From positions 11,222,001 to 11,286,000 of the forward strand of contig OZ316776.1 in the NCBI GenBank assembly GCA_973851085.1: a stretch of 64,000 nucleotides of DNA. The letters are read 5' to 3'. The position numbers and the translations under genes were made by a program. Shown here piece by piece: positions 53,195 to 64,000 of the stretch. The stretch is from Ptychomitrium polyphyllum (lineage: Eukaryota). Position 1 is the first letter of the stretch; each line of letters opens with the position of its first letter. The notes beneath the pieces are model-generated. The model made no database searches, was not told the origin of the DNA, and saw nothing but the letters and a program-made list of their open reading frames with translations.

Positions 53195-53978
53195 CGCCTA
53201 CTAAATATGCTCTACCCACTAGAGAGCTTTAAAACTTTGGAAGAGCTCGAGCTTCAGGAGTTCAGAACACCAGTGTTGCTAAATAAGTGGAATTGCTCAG
53301 ATCACTGGGATGAGATTGTTGCAGAACGGGATGCAGAAGAAATTGAGAAGAGAGTGGGGTAATGTAGGGTTGCTAGTACAGCAGAGTCCGTGGATAAGGC
53401 GGAGCGCAGAAGTCCTCGCCAATTGGCTCCTCAACGAGATTTCCTCTGCGACACGTGCCTTCTACCTCGTGAAGGTGCGTACAGCTATTGCCTCCTTTTC
53501 CCCAATTTTTCTGTGTAAGTGGTGGAACTAGGGCTGGACCTGTGAAATGCAAACCGGCCCACATGATTACAAGCCTTGCACGGAAGGCGACTCGCTCTTC
53601 ACAAACTCTGAAGTCTTCATCGCGTCACGTGGCTGCCGCGCTTCTAAAGTGTACAAAGCAGAAATATATCGCCACGTGTCCCTCGAGTTAATTACCACCA
53701 ACGGCTGGTCTTGACCCAATTGGCTGGTTGGATGCTGCTAGTGATGCACCCTCGCCTGCTATTTTACCCAAACCGGTCCGCAAATATACCAATTCAGGAC
53801 GTTCGAGTGAGCTCACTCATCACCAACAATCTTCTAGCTCCTTGCAACCGAATAGAATCAATCGATACGAAGTACTCATTTTGCTCTTGGGGCATTCGAA
53901 CAGCACCGCGGCAATTCTCCGGAGCTGTGTACTTAGGACCGTCGTTGTGTAACTCTCTTAGTGCTATTAAATTAGGCA
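53195..53978. promoter_or_regulatory. Divergent intergenic region between rubredoxin copies A and B with three G-box/ABRE cores and two CCAATTGG palindromes
   Basis: GACACGTG 53450-53457, CACGTGGC 53626-53633, GCCACGTGTC 53671-53680. CCAATTGG at 53419-53426 and 53716-53723. Confidence 0.6.
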
Positions 53979-54952
53979 ATGGCGTTGACGATGAACGTCA
54001 GCACTAGTTTCCGAACTGGTGCAGGTGTGTTCTCTAGTGGTACCGGTGTTCAAGGATTGAATCAGAAATCCGTCAATAGCTTTCGATTTGGAAACGGTAC
54101 GTTCGCTTTGCAGGTGCCAGAATGGATTCAACGCATTGCTGTATGTAATACCCGGCCGCTTAGTGTGAGCATTGTGTGAATGTCTGAAAGTAATCTCTTG
54201 TAGCCTAAATTCAACATAGCTCCTGTTTGTAAGATATAGCTACATTACATTCCCTGAAGTCTTACATGTGCATTCTTCTAAGTCATCAGGCGCAGTTGCA
54301 TTCAAGCGTGCTTCCACGATGGTGGTGCGAGCGGGGGGGAAAGTGGAGCCAGGCCCTGCGGGTCGAGGCAACGCCACCTCGACCCCACCTGGCTCCGACG
54401 AGTTCCCACTGGGCGTTATCTCGTCCACGACGCCTCTAGAACAGGGCACGGACAAGCCCGTGGGCGAGCGCATCGCGTACGTGTGCCAGGACTGCGGCTA
54501 CGTCTACGATCAAGAAACCCCCTTCGAAGACGTCCCCGACGACGACTACAACTGTCCCCGTCAGTCACTCACTCACTTCACCACTTCATCCCGGATCGAC
54601 TCATGCTTATATTGTTTCCAGTGCTATACTAGTCACCCATCTGCACCTCTTTATACATCCCCGATTCATACTGGACCTTCTTCAATCACAAACCAAACCG
54701 CCCACCGGTCGATCTTGCACCACCACTTCGATCACCCCCGAAGAATTTCCACTTCTACACTAATTACCGATCGATCTACATAAGTCATTAGCTTCATCTC
54801 TTCCTTCCATTGATCTTGACATCACCGTTGCATGTACTGGTGCAGGGTGCTCGGCTCCCAAGATGCGCTTCTTGATGGCGAATGCGTCGGTGGAGGAGAT
54901 GCTAGACACCACCGAGGGCGAGGACGCCGCGACGCGCGGCAGCGGCGAGTAG
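53979..54952 (+). CDS. Plastid-targeted rubredoxin-like protein, copy B. Exons 53979-54096, 54290-54559, 54846-54952.
   Basis: MALTMNVSTSF...N|GAVAFKRASTMVVRA...YVCQDCGYVYDQETPFEDVPDDDYNCP|RCSAPKMRF. Intron positions and phases match copy A. Confidence 0.88.
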
Positions 54953-56677
54953 AGCGGCAGCGGCCCTTCGCAGAGCCAGAACTCAGCGCCGCCAACTGGT
55001 TCGCTTGTTGTTTGTACAGATTTTTTGAGAATGATCGTGTACATTGGTTGATGGAATTCATCCACAGGCAGTTCTGATGTAGTTCAGGACTGTATTGTTT
55101 ATGACTTGAGGTGATTTGAACAGTGAAAAGGAGAATCGCTAATTTCTCGAAACTCCGACATTCTGAGACTGTGTATGGATTGGTGTTTAAGCTAATTTTG
55201 TCAGTGTATGTTGGTAGGTATTCTTGCACAAAGTTGTCGCCCTCTTAAATTATAGCTTACATTCATAAATTAAGATTGTGAGTGGTTATAAGAAGAGAGT
55301 AATCAAGCAAATGAACCAAAAGCAAAAACCATTGTAAAATACGGGAAATTGTTATTGGACTTGACTATTAGTAGGAGGTGTATGATGATTAACTTTAAAA
55401 ATCACTAAGAAACTCAATCAATGTTCAAAAAATGTAAAACTTGAATTTATTTACTAGATTTTAGATTTTATATGTGCAAAAGTCATCTTTCTATATAATC
55501 TAAATCCTTTAGTTGATGTTTAATTCATGATTACTATAATTATTACTTCACTTGAATTTGTCAATATGTTTATAAAAGAAGGTTATTCATTAAATAAAAC
55601 TCCTTCACCTTATATTTGAAGCATATATTTCTCTTGAAAATAAAAATCCATAACAATTTGTAAGATATGTATTATAACATTGTTAATTTAAAAAGGGATT
55701 AAAAAAATTGTGAAAAGTTAGGGTAAATGAAGGGTTTCTTTGAGAAAAATTAGGCTACATTTGAGAAGATCCAAAGTTTGAAATTTCCTAAATACATACC
55801 AATTTTACAAAAGTTTTTAGTTTATCCATTTAATTAAATTTTAAATATAATTTTAGTATTTTGTAGCAAAATTGAGTTTTAGAGTATATTTTCAAAAAAC
55901 GAACTGAAGAATTTTTAATAGATAATTAATGTATGACATAAGTATCAATTGTTTTACAATTATTAAAGAATCAAACTTCCAAAGCATAGAGTTGTTATAC
56001 CTTAATTATAATATATTGCAATATAATATTGCAATTTAAACCGGAAGTTATAGTTTCCTAGAACTAAAACAAAAGTCTAAGATGAAAAGGACTTTTAAAC
56101 CGTGAACTGAATACATGACAATATTAAAACACAGATATTTTCCTTCAATAATATCTATTTGAAGGAAACAAAAATGCCAACAAAAAAAAATCGACAAGCA
56201 AGTTGTATATTCTCCTCACAAGTTCACTTCTCAAACCATTCCACCTCCACGGGATCACTAAATCTATAACATTACGAAAGTCAACTGCCAGTGTAGCGTG
56301 CAAAAACACTATTGATTGATAAAAGACCACTCTGCTCAGATAAAACTAATACCACGAAATGAATCAACACAAGACTCAAAAATACTCATATTTCAGAATG
56401 AACTACGAATCACATTCTTCCAATGATCGGCAGTTTAACTACTAACTAAACACCTAAACCAGCTCCAGACACTCCATCGAAATGGAAGTAGCTGCTGCCT
56501 GTTTAGAGATCATATCTAATCACCAGTACACTGCAATCTCATCTGCACCAACCTTCCAGGTGAAGTTTCATATACATTCCCGAAATCACAATTCTCGGCC
56601 AATCAGCTACTATCATACAACGTTCATCCGCTATTGTACAGAAAGTTCAAACCGCAAGAATCAGATCAGTGATTTCT

Positions 56678-57710
56678 CTAGCTCTGGGAGGGGGGGCTGC
56701 CGCTCTTCTCGCCGCTGCCGCGCGACACGGCGTCATCCTCCTTCGTCGTGTCCAGCATCTCCTCCACCGACGCATTCGCCATCGAGAACCGCGTCTTGGG
56801 AGCCTGGCACTCTGCGCACACACACCATACCAATGTCACCGCTCACGGAACCGACAACAAAGCCGACAACTGCTAACTCGCGTTCACCTCATTCCTGCAT
56901 GACTCCAGGACGACACGACGTGGGTGAGGAGCTTACGAGGGCAGTTGTACTCCTCCGGCACGTCTTCGAACGGCGTCTCCTGGTCGTACACATAGCCGCA
57001 GTCCTGGCACACGTACGCGATGCGCTCGCCCACGGGCTGCTCCGTGCCCTGCGCCAGAGGCGCGGACGATGTAATGACGCCGAGTGGGATCTCAGTGCCG
57101 CTCAAGCCAGGTGGGGAAGTGGGCGCGGTGGGTCCGCTGCCTCGGCCCCCGGGGCCTGGCTCCACTTTGCCCTCTGCTCGCACCACCAAAGACGCGCGCT
57201 TGAACGCAACGGCGCCTGATGACCCAAATACAAGAATTGAGTAATGAGGTCAGCTCTTCGACAAGAATCAAGAGTTCCTTCTACATAAATCAGTTAATCT
57301 CTAACTCTGCCCTCGGGTGTTCATCAATTACTGACATATGAACTGACTACTGCACTTAGAATTCTATGGAAACAGTGTTAAGACTATACCCCAGTAACCT
57401 TGCTGCCCTAAACAGTTCGGGTGCGTGCACTGTCTTATGCAGAGGAAACACTTTGATTAATTTCTTTGGATCACGATGCAAGAAAATGTTTCACACACTA
57501 TGATGATCAGAGAATCATACCACCATGTCCCTTGCCCAACCTATGAAACCAAAAGCCAGTATCGGTAAGTTGATTGACGGCCGTAATATAAATGTGCTTA
57601 CCATTGGTGAAGCGGACACTAGTGGTCTGCTTGAAGCTGGAGATTCCAGTAACAGCATGAGCAGGTACAGCAGTGCCAACAGCAGTGCGGGCATTCACAG
57701 CCAACGCCAT
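56678..57710 (-). CDS. Plastid-targeted rubredoxin-like protein, copy C. Exons 57710-57602, 57215-56937, 56811-56678.
   Basis: Distinct exon 1 (MALAVNARTAVGTAVP...SVRFTN). Exons 2-3 and intron 2 are identical to copy A at offset 4418. Confidence 0.9.
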
Positions 57711-59093
57711 CGCTCCCGAGCGGAGTTCTAGAAAAGTTAATCTTAGAAGCTGTAGTTTAGGGTGAGAGGAAAATTCGCAAAAGATTGATGGTACAATGGA
57801 GTGCGGGAGAATGCAGGGAGAGATTGAACTTTGAGATGACAAGTACCGGATGGGGGATAATGTAGCAAGAGTGGAGTTGCAGTGGGCCGTGGATGGAGCG
57901 GAGGGCGGATAGCGGTACCAGATGGCCGGGGCATGTGGACGCTGAGTGCCGCGTGGCAGGGGTATTCTCACAACTTTATACTTTAGAAGCATGGTAGACA
58001 CGTTCACTACAACACTCAAGCAACGCCAGAAACCCCATCTTCTGCTTGGATCCTGTTAGGATTTCAGCTTATTCGTGATAAGCTTCCTGCAGAGGGTAAG
58101 GTTTCCCCATTCCCATTAGTTCTGGAGAGGAGTATTTCTCTAGATTCCCATTTTGGGAGATTACCATGACATTCGCACATGCACCTCTGTTCATCATGAG
58201 CTACCACACTCGCAGTCATAGCATTGGTTCTCAATTTAATTTTGATTCTTGGAAAGGAGAAAGATATTTACCTCCATTACAGGTGGAAAAAAGATGTGAA
58301 AATAAGTGCACTACAGTAGCATGTCCACGGAAACAATCATCTGCCTCGCTTCTTCAACGACTAAGATACTGTAAATTGCTAATTAAGTGCTCTACCGAAG
58401 TCCTTTTCAAAAACAGCTTGCCGCAACTGATGAAAACACAACAGCAACCAAGAATCCTACTTGCAAGGGAAGGAACAAGTGATTCCATACAAGCCCAACT
58501 TTTCCTGAACCAGAGAGGAACTTACGGAATGCCTGGAACCTAGATGCTAAATCCGAAAGACAATGGTATAAGTCACAACTAACAAAACCGAGTCTCTTGT
58601 CAAAGGAACGTCACTGCTCGAACCAAGATACAATTTAATTTTCTTTTCAATAAAGATTCATCGAGTGTTCAATGTTATACAAGGAAAATAAGACCCTTCC
58701 ATGCATGCTGACAGCCAAATTACAGGTTTCAGCTACTGCATCTTAGATCTCTTTCTGCTCCTGATGTATGTATACTGATAGGTTATCTTGCTGCTTAGAA
58801 GGCAGCACTGTCTAAGGCAGAACTGTCAGTAGCCTCAAACCTGCAACACTATCAGCCTTAAAAATGGAAGCACAAATATGACAGATCTATTTGAGGCAAA
58901 CATGAGTTTAGATCATTGGTTGCCAAACAATGTGAGCTATCATGGAGTAGCTCGTCAATCACTTTGGACGATAGCTAAACACACATGTATGTCGAGCCTT
59001 GCAAAAAACTAGAATACAAATCTAGCATTCTAGAAAGTACTCAGATCTGACCAATTCATGGAAACGAGAATTCCCTTGGACCTGATAATGTGT

Positions 59094-60485
59094 TCAGGCG
59101 TACCTTTGGGGTGCTTGAACCAACAAAGATGCAAGTCCTGGCTTCTCCTTCAATGCAAAGCTCCCGTTCTCTGCACTGGCATCGATCAATGACGGCGGTA
59201 ACCGTGAGCTCAGCACCCACAACTCCTTGTCACCACGAATCCCAAGCACTTGTGGCATCCCATCCACACAACCTTTCGACAAGCCAACGTCCACCCAGTT
59301 CACTTTGTTGTCACAGGCGCCATTCAGACCCAGCGGTTGCTGAATTGTGTGCCCGACAATCATCCTATTCACTCCATTGATGGACCCTAAACATTGTGTT
59401 AGCAGCTCGCAATCGCATCCGCTCTCCTTCACCTCCGAGTATTTTCGGAGCCAGATAAGGGCATCGGCCCCGTGCAAGTAGTCGGGTCCCCTCCAACCCT
59501 TGCTCCCGAGCATCTAGTCGCTCACTTCGTCATTGATGCGGTCGAGGCCGTAAGTTACGTGGTCGGCCAAGAGACCGCCATGGACGAAGACGGAGCTTCC
59601 CACGACCAAAACGACCGGATGATTTGTCAAGAAGCGAGCGGCAAACGGCCCGCCGGGACGCAATGCGGCCATGCGAGCTCGCAATCCGGGTGAATAAGAG
59701 TCAGGAATGCCGCGGAATATGTCGGCTTATGGCCCAATCCCTACACACTTCGATTTCAGGATGTTGCCGAGGTTGAACCAATGTGCCCAGCCACGAAACT
59801 CGTCCAGAGCAGCAGGAGTAGCGTAGCGAAAGTCACCCTCAATGTTCGTGGTTGCCATTCATGGCATGCACGTCGCCTCCTGCCTTCTGCGCCTCGCCTC
59901 GGAGATTCTTCAGGAGGTAAAGGACTTTGATCTCATCGCCACCTCTGTCGAACAAATCTCCCACCTACAGAGAAACGATTTCATAAAAGTGTGAAGAGCA
60001 GAGCAGGCCAGCGCAAGCATGGGAAAAAGATTAAACCCTAAAAGCTTTGTGCAGTTTGAATTACATGGAAAAACTATGCAAATTTGAAACGCTCTACAGT
60101 GTTGAGTCCATACCTGAACAACAACTGTCTCGCCGCCGACCTATCCATCATGCTCGTCGATTACTTGGGCGACTTGCAAAGCCGCGCACGCTTTCGCTAA
60201 GTCGCCATGAATGTCAATCAAGCGCTTGGCGACCGGCAGCCGTGTCCGTCGTCCTTCCTCGCTGTGGACAATTCGAGGAGTGTCATCAAGCTCAGCGAAG
60301 GGTTCACCAAATGCATTCAGATCTACAACAGGAGGTGCCACCGATTTACTGAGGACTTGGCCTCCAACTGCGTAGTCCACGAACGCATCTACAAACGAGG
60401 AAAACAGAGACGGGGCTTGTTTGCAGAACGCGGGTTCCTCGCCTACGCACTGCGGGTGGTGCAAAGCTTCGGACAACGCAGGCAT
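59094..60485 (-). pseudogene. Shewanella-like protein phosphatase (SLP2-type PPP metallophosphatase) pseudogene, one intron 60113-59965
   Basis: SSFVDAFVDY, RLIDIHGDL (AIG apparently lost before DIHGD), VGDLFDRG, GNHE, FVHGG, RMIVGHTIQ, VDVGLSKG. Stops at 60141-60143, 59727-59729 and 59514-59516, plus a frameshift right after GNHE near 59845. Confidence 0.9.
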
Positions 60486-61927
60486 GGCTCAAAACTCTCG
60501 TGCACGAATTGTGCACTTCCAAAAACGAGCGAGCAGAATCATCAGAAGGACAAAACTGGAAAATGAATCGCACACCTATTAGCTAATACATTCCTGTAAT
60601 TCGAAGCAAAGATCAACCCAAGAATGTGGGCAATTAAACATCAAGGTTGGCTCCCTAAATGCGTCCATCTGCAATGGAGACAAATCTCAAAGCCGAGCTC
60701 CTCTAAGACGTAACCCTAATTGCAATCCAGGAACGATTATCAACAAAGTATCAGCTTCTCCCCATCGAGAACCAATTACGCAGCAACCGAATACGAATCT
60801 CCAGCCACAGCCTTGCATCCACTCGCTGAAGTCACGAGAACGGGTTACTTGAAAATTTTGTCACTGTAAGAACATCTGCAACAACTAAAGCCAGAATAGG
60901 CACTGAATACAAAGCTGGAGACACTACAAACTTCTAAAGCTGTTGTCACCACCTTCCGAGACGAAGCCACTGGTGTTGCATCGTCCAGACCCAGTTGCCA
61001 GATCTGTGAACAACGCAACATCGCAAGTAACCCTCAGATTCTTCGCTAGCAGACTGGAATGTTGCAATTGCCACGGCAAGCTCATGATGGTGGCGAATTA
61101 ACTACCTGTTTTGCTGTAGTGAATGATTCAATCGTCACTGAAACAGATGTGTTGAAAATTATAAGCTTACATTTCTAGGAGAAGGAAAGCATTGTCCGGT
61201 TTGTAACAGAAGTATGGAATTTGTCATCATTTGATTTCGGTCGAAGAATGTATTGAAGTGTTCCAAAGTAACTAACCCAAGGTCATTTCACACGGCTTGA
61301 TTTTCAGTGTTCAGGTTAGTAATGGTAAAAGAAACACAATACCGCTAGCAGGTGAGTTTGGTACACTTGGCTCTGAGAAAGACTATGTAATCTATAATCT
61401 GTTTCTTCACTTTCCTAAATATTTCTCACAGGTGTTTGTGGATGTAATTCAAATAAAAACAAGAGTGCTGCCACAATTCAAGAAACTTATGTTCTTCAGT
61501 GCAAACCAGAGATACTTTAACTGCAAGAAATATGAAACGATCGAAATTGCCAAGTTCGACAGGTGTTTCGATCCTTATCTGCCAGGTCTGTTCCAAAGGA
61601 CTTTACGAGTGTCTATTCCAGAATTTCAACGATGGCGGGAGTTTTCATCTTGGACTGCACGCTCTCTGATCGCGCTGCAAATAACCTAGAGTGTAGGCAT
61701 CGAATACATGAATAGAATTGGTACAAAGATATTTTGAGACACTCGAATCTACTCATCGCTTACAAAAACCACTCGAGCACATCACAAAAATCATCGTCGA
61801 TCACGGCTCAAACTCAAATTAAATAGTTCAGGCCTTTACAGAAACCGTAGCATCCACTCAGGGGAAGAAACAAAATGACTACCGGGTCTGTCTAATGCAG
61901 CCCGTATCTCCCAGAAGAAGGTGCCTC

Positions 61928-62640
61928 TCACTGCCTCGCAGGGGTTCTGGCCTTAGATTTCTTCTTGGTGGGACCAGCCTTGGCCACACGCAAGCTCTTG
62001 TGGACAGCGGCTAACCTAGCCAAAGCAGAGGACTTCAAATCAGCCCTGTAACCGTTGCTGGCAACCTACACCAATCGGAAAGACGAGATTAATACCGTAT
62101 AATATAGCAGCCAGAAAACATCCTTCAATTTAAGCACTAATGATGACGCAGTACTCGCTGCACCGAGATAGAAAACATGTGTCCAACTCATGTTGAGTTG
62201 AGTAATTTTCAGAAATAAATATACCTGGTTGACCACGGTCTTGGCCATCTTGCGGAAGTCCTTCTTCAAGAGAGAGTTCTGACGCAGCTTTGCGGGCCGG
62301 TTCCTCTTCTTGGTCTTGGTGGTGGTCAGCGTAACTGATAGACCTTCAGCGGGTGTGATGGCCACAGTCTTCTTGTTCGCCAACCCTAAAAGGATCAACC
62401 ATTTTCACGAGGTGATGTCATGCACCGTCTCCAATCATTTGAGCATCAATTCCGGGTAACCTCTGAGCTATTGAATGACAACGAGGCGGTACCTGAGTAC
62501 TTGAACGTGTTCAAGTTGTACAAGTTGTTGGGTTCCGAGCTAAATTGGACGGAGTTGTTGTTGTTTCCATTTCTCTTCACCAAGAACCTGTTGTTGCTCT
62601 TGACCAACAACCAGATCAAGTCGTCTGATACAGCCGCCAT
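61928..62640 (-). CDS. RPL28: 60S ribosomal protein L28 (eL28). Coding exons about 62640-62492, 62386-62225, 62065-61928, with a 5' UTR intron upstream.
   Basis: MAAVSDDLIWLLVKSNNRFLVKRNGNNNNSVQFSSEPNNLYNLNTFKYSG|LANKKTV...NQ|VASNGYRADLKSSALARLAAVHKSLRVAKAG. Confidence 0.96.
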
Positions 62641-63181
62641 ACTGATCACAAAGTTGAAAAAAAACTCAATGAATGAGAAAGTTCAGTCGTATTCAAACAA
62701 AGAAAATAAATGTTATAGTCTTCGGCAAATATTGCATGCTCCAATAAACCCAAGCAGTAAACACCAAATCCTCAACTGTATTCCACATGTTCACAGTGCC
62801 ATGACTATCATGAGAACTATCTCATCATCAATCTCATGCGCGCAAGTGAAACGTAACGAGACAATGACATGTTCTCTAAAAGTACATATTCCGCTTGACC
62901 TAATCCAAAAAACCGAGTCTCTAAGCGCGACATAACCACTGATAAAAACATGCTGTCGCAACAACAGCCTGTCCCCAGACTACTAAACTCATCTCATTAC
63001 ACAAAACCCCTTAACCCAAACGTGCGCATTCTCACCATTACTACTAGATACACAGAAAACAGCCACACCTTTTAAACGAACAGAAAGAAGAAGAAAGACG
63101 GCACGCCAAACAGACGAAGAACCCGCAAACCTATGACTTCCTTGCCACGACCGAAACTCTCCACCAGACCTTTACGACCTA

Positions 63182-63189
63182 AAACCCTA
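63182..63189 (-). promoter_or_regulatory. Telo-box (AAACCCTA) at the 5' end of RPL28
   Basis: Exact motif. Telo-boxes are well known near the transcription start of plant ribosomal-protein genes. Confidence 0.65.
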
Positions 63190-63855
63190 ATCGCCACAAC
63201 GAAGAGAAAAAGCAAACGACAGAGCCGCAGCGTGTGATTGCAATGCCGTTCCGATAGTACTGGGGAGGCAAAGCGATTGCGGGGAACCAAAATGTACCTG
63301 GAGACTCGATGGACGCGAGAGGCGCGCGGCAGAGGGGAGATGGAGCGAGCCCAGCAGCACGGTGCACAAACGCAAAGAGAGCCAGTTCGACTGGGCGGCT
63401 GCCCTAAGAACCTCCCCCCCCCTCTATGGATGAATCCTCGTCTCCTGCAGACGCCAAGGATGAGATCCCACATTCGTTTCTGATTCATCCCATAGTCATC
63501 CAATTTTCGTCCAATTTACATCTATCATTCATCCAGGATTCATCCCGCATCCGTGGCTGCCCTGTAGCGGTAACGGGGACTTTATCGTCGGTTAGGTCCA
63601 GGGGAGACCCCTGCATGTTCTCAGCCACTACCAGTAAACCTTGAAGATCACCACTTTGGGACGCTATATGGAAGGCTTGGCGTACGGACAACAACTATTC
63701 TTCAAATTCCAGAGTTCGCTGAATTCTTGGGGCAACTTCTCATTTGGTGATCCTCACTTTAAAAGATGAGAATGGGTTATCCTAGAGTTTGGAACCAATT
63801 TGAATTTGGTCATCTAGGATAAAAAATGGTATATGTAAATTGAATTTTTATGATA

Positions 63856-63935
63856 TTTTAGGAAATTTTACATCTTTTTATAGGAAATTTTATATCTTTT
63901 TATAGGAAATTTTATATCTTTTTATTGGAAAATTT
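63856..63935. repeat. Degenerate ~21-bp tandem repeat (ATAGGAAATTTTATATCTTTTT-like) x3-4
   Basis: Read directly from the sequence. Confidence 0.75.
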
Positions 63936-64000
63936 AAGTATAAGATTTAGGACTATTAGTTTTTTAAAAGTACATGGGAATCATATTTTCTGTATCACCT

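Noticed and set aside
56482..57219. 245-aa plus-strand ORF and related ORFs at 52182-52856
   Set aside because: Antisense shadows of GC-rich rubredoxin exons.
62644..63110. Box C/D snoRNA in the RPL28 5' intron (ATGATGA on the minus strand near 62825)
   Set aside because: The nearest CTGA is about 140 nt away, and I saw no terminal stem or recognisable rRNA antisense element.

Overview
Eukaryotic land-plant nuclear DNA. The gene set and the spliced GC-richer genes between very AT-rich spacers suggest a moss such as Physcomitrium patens, which is an inference. Ten apparently intact spliced genes can be read: a thioredoxin h, an uncharacterised plastid membrane protein, PEX11a, SF3B2/SAP145, a TRF-like telomere-binding Myb protein, COQ2/PPT1, a DDX31/DBP7-like DEAD-box helicase, RPL28, and two rubredoxin-like genes. 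A third rubredoxin-like copy is slightly truncated. Two intron-containing phosphatase pseudogenes (LMW-PTP-like and SLP2-like) flank the rubredoxin cluster. The most interesting signals are: (1) an in-frame upstream exon that would give thioredoxin h an MGNFC lipidation motif plus about 13 EEKPV[P/L] repeats; (2) the rubredoxin triplet, with a G-box/ABRE-rich divergent promoter and a ~555-bp block identical between two otherwise diverged copies; (3) a probable U12-type intron in the helicase; (4) a candidate poison exon and a hairpin in an SF3B2 intron. All exon boundaries were read by eye and lack transcript support.
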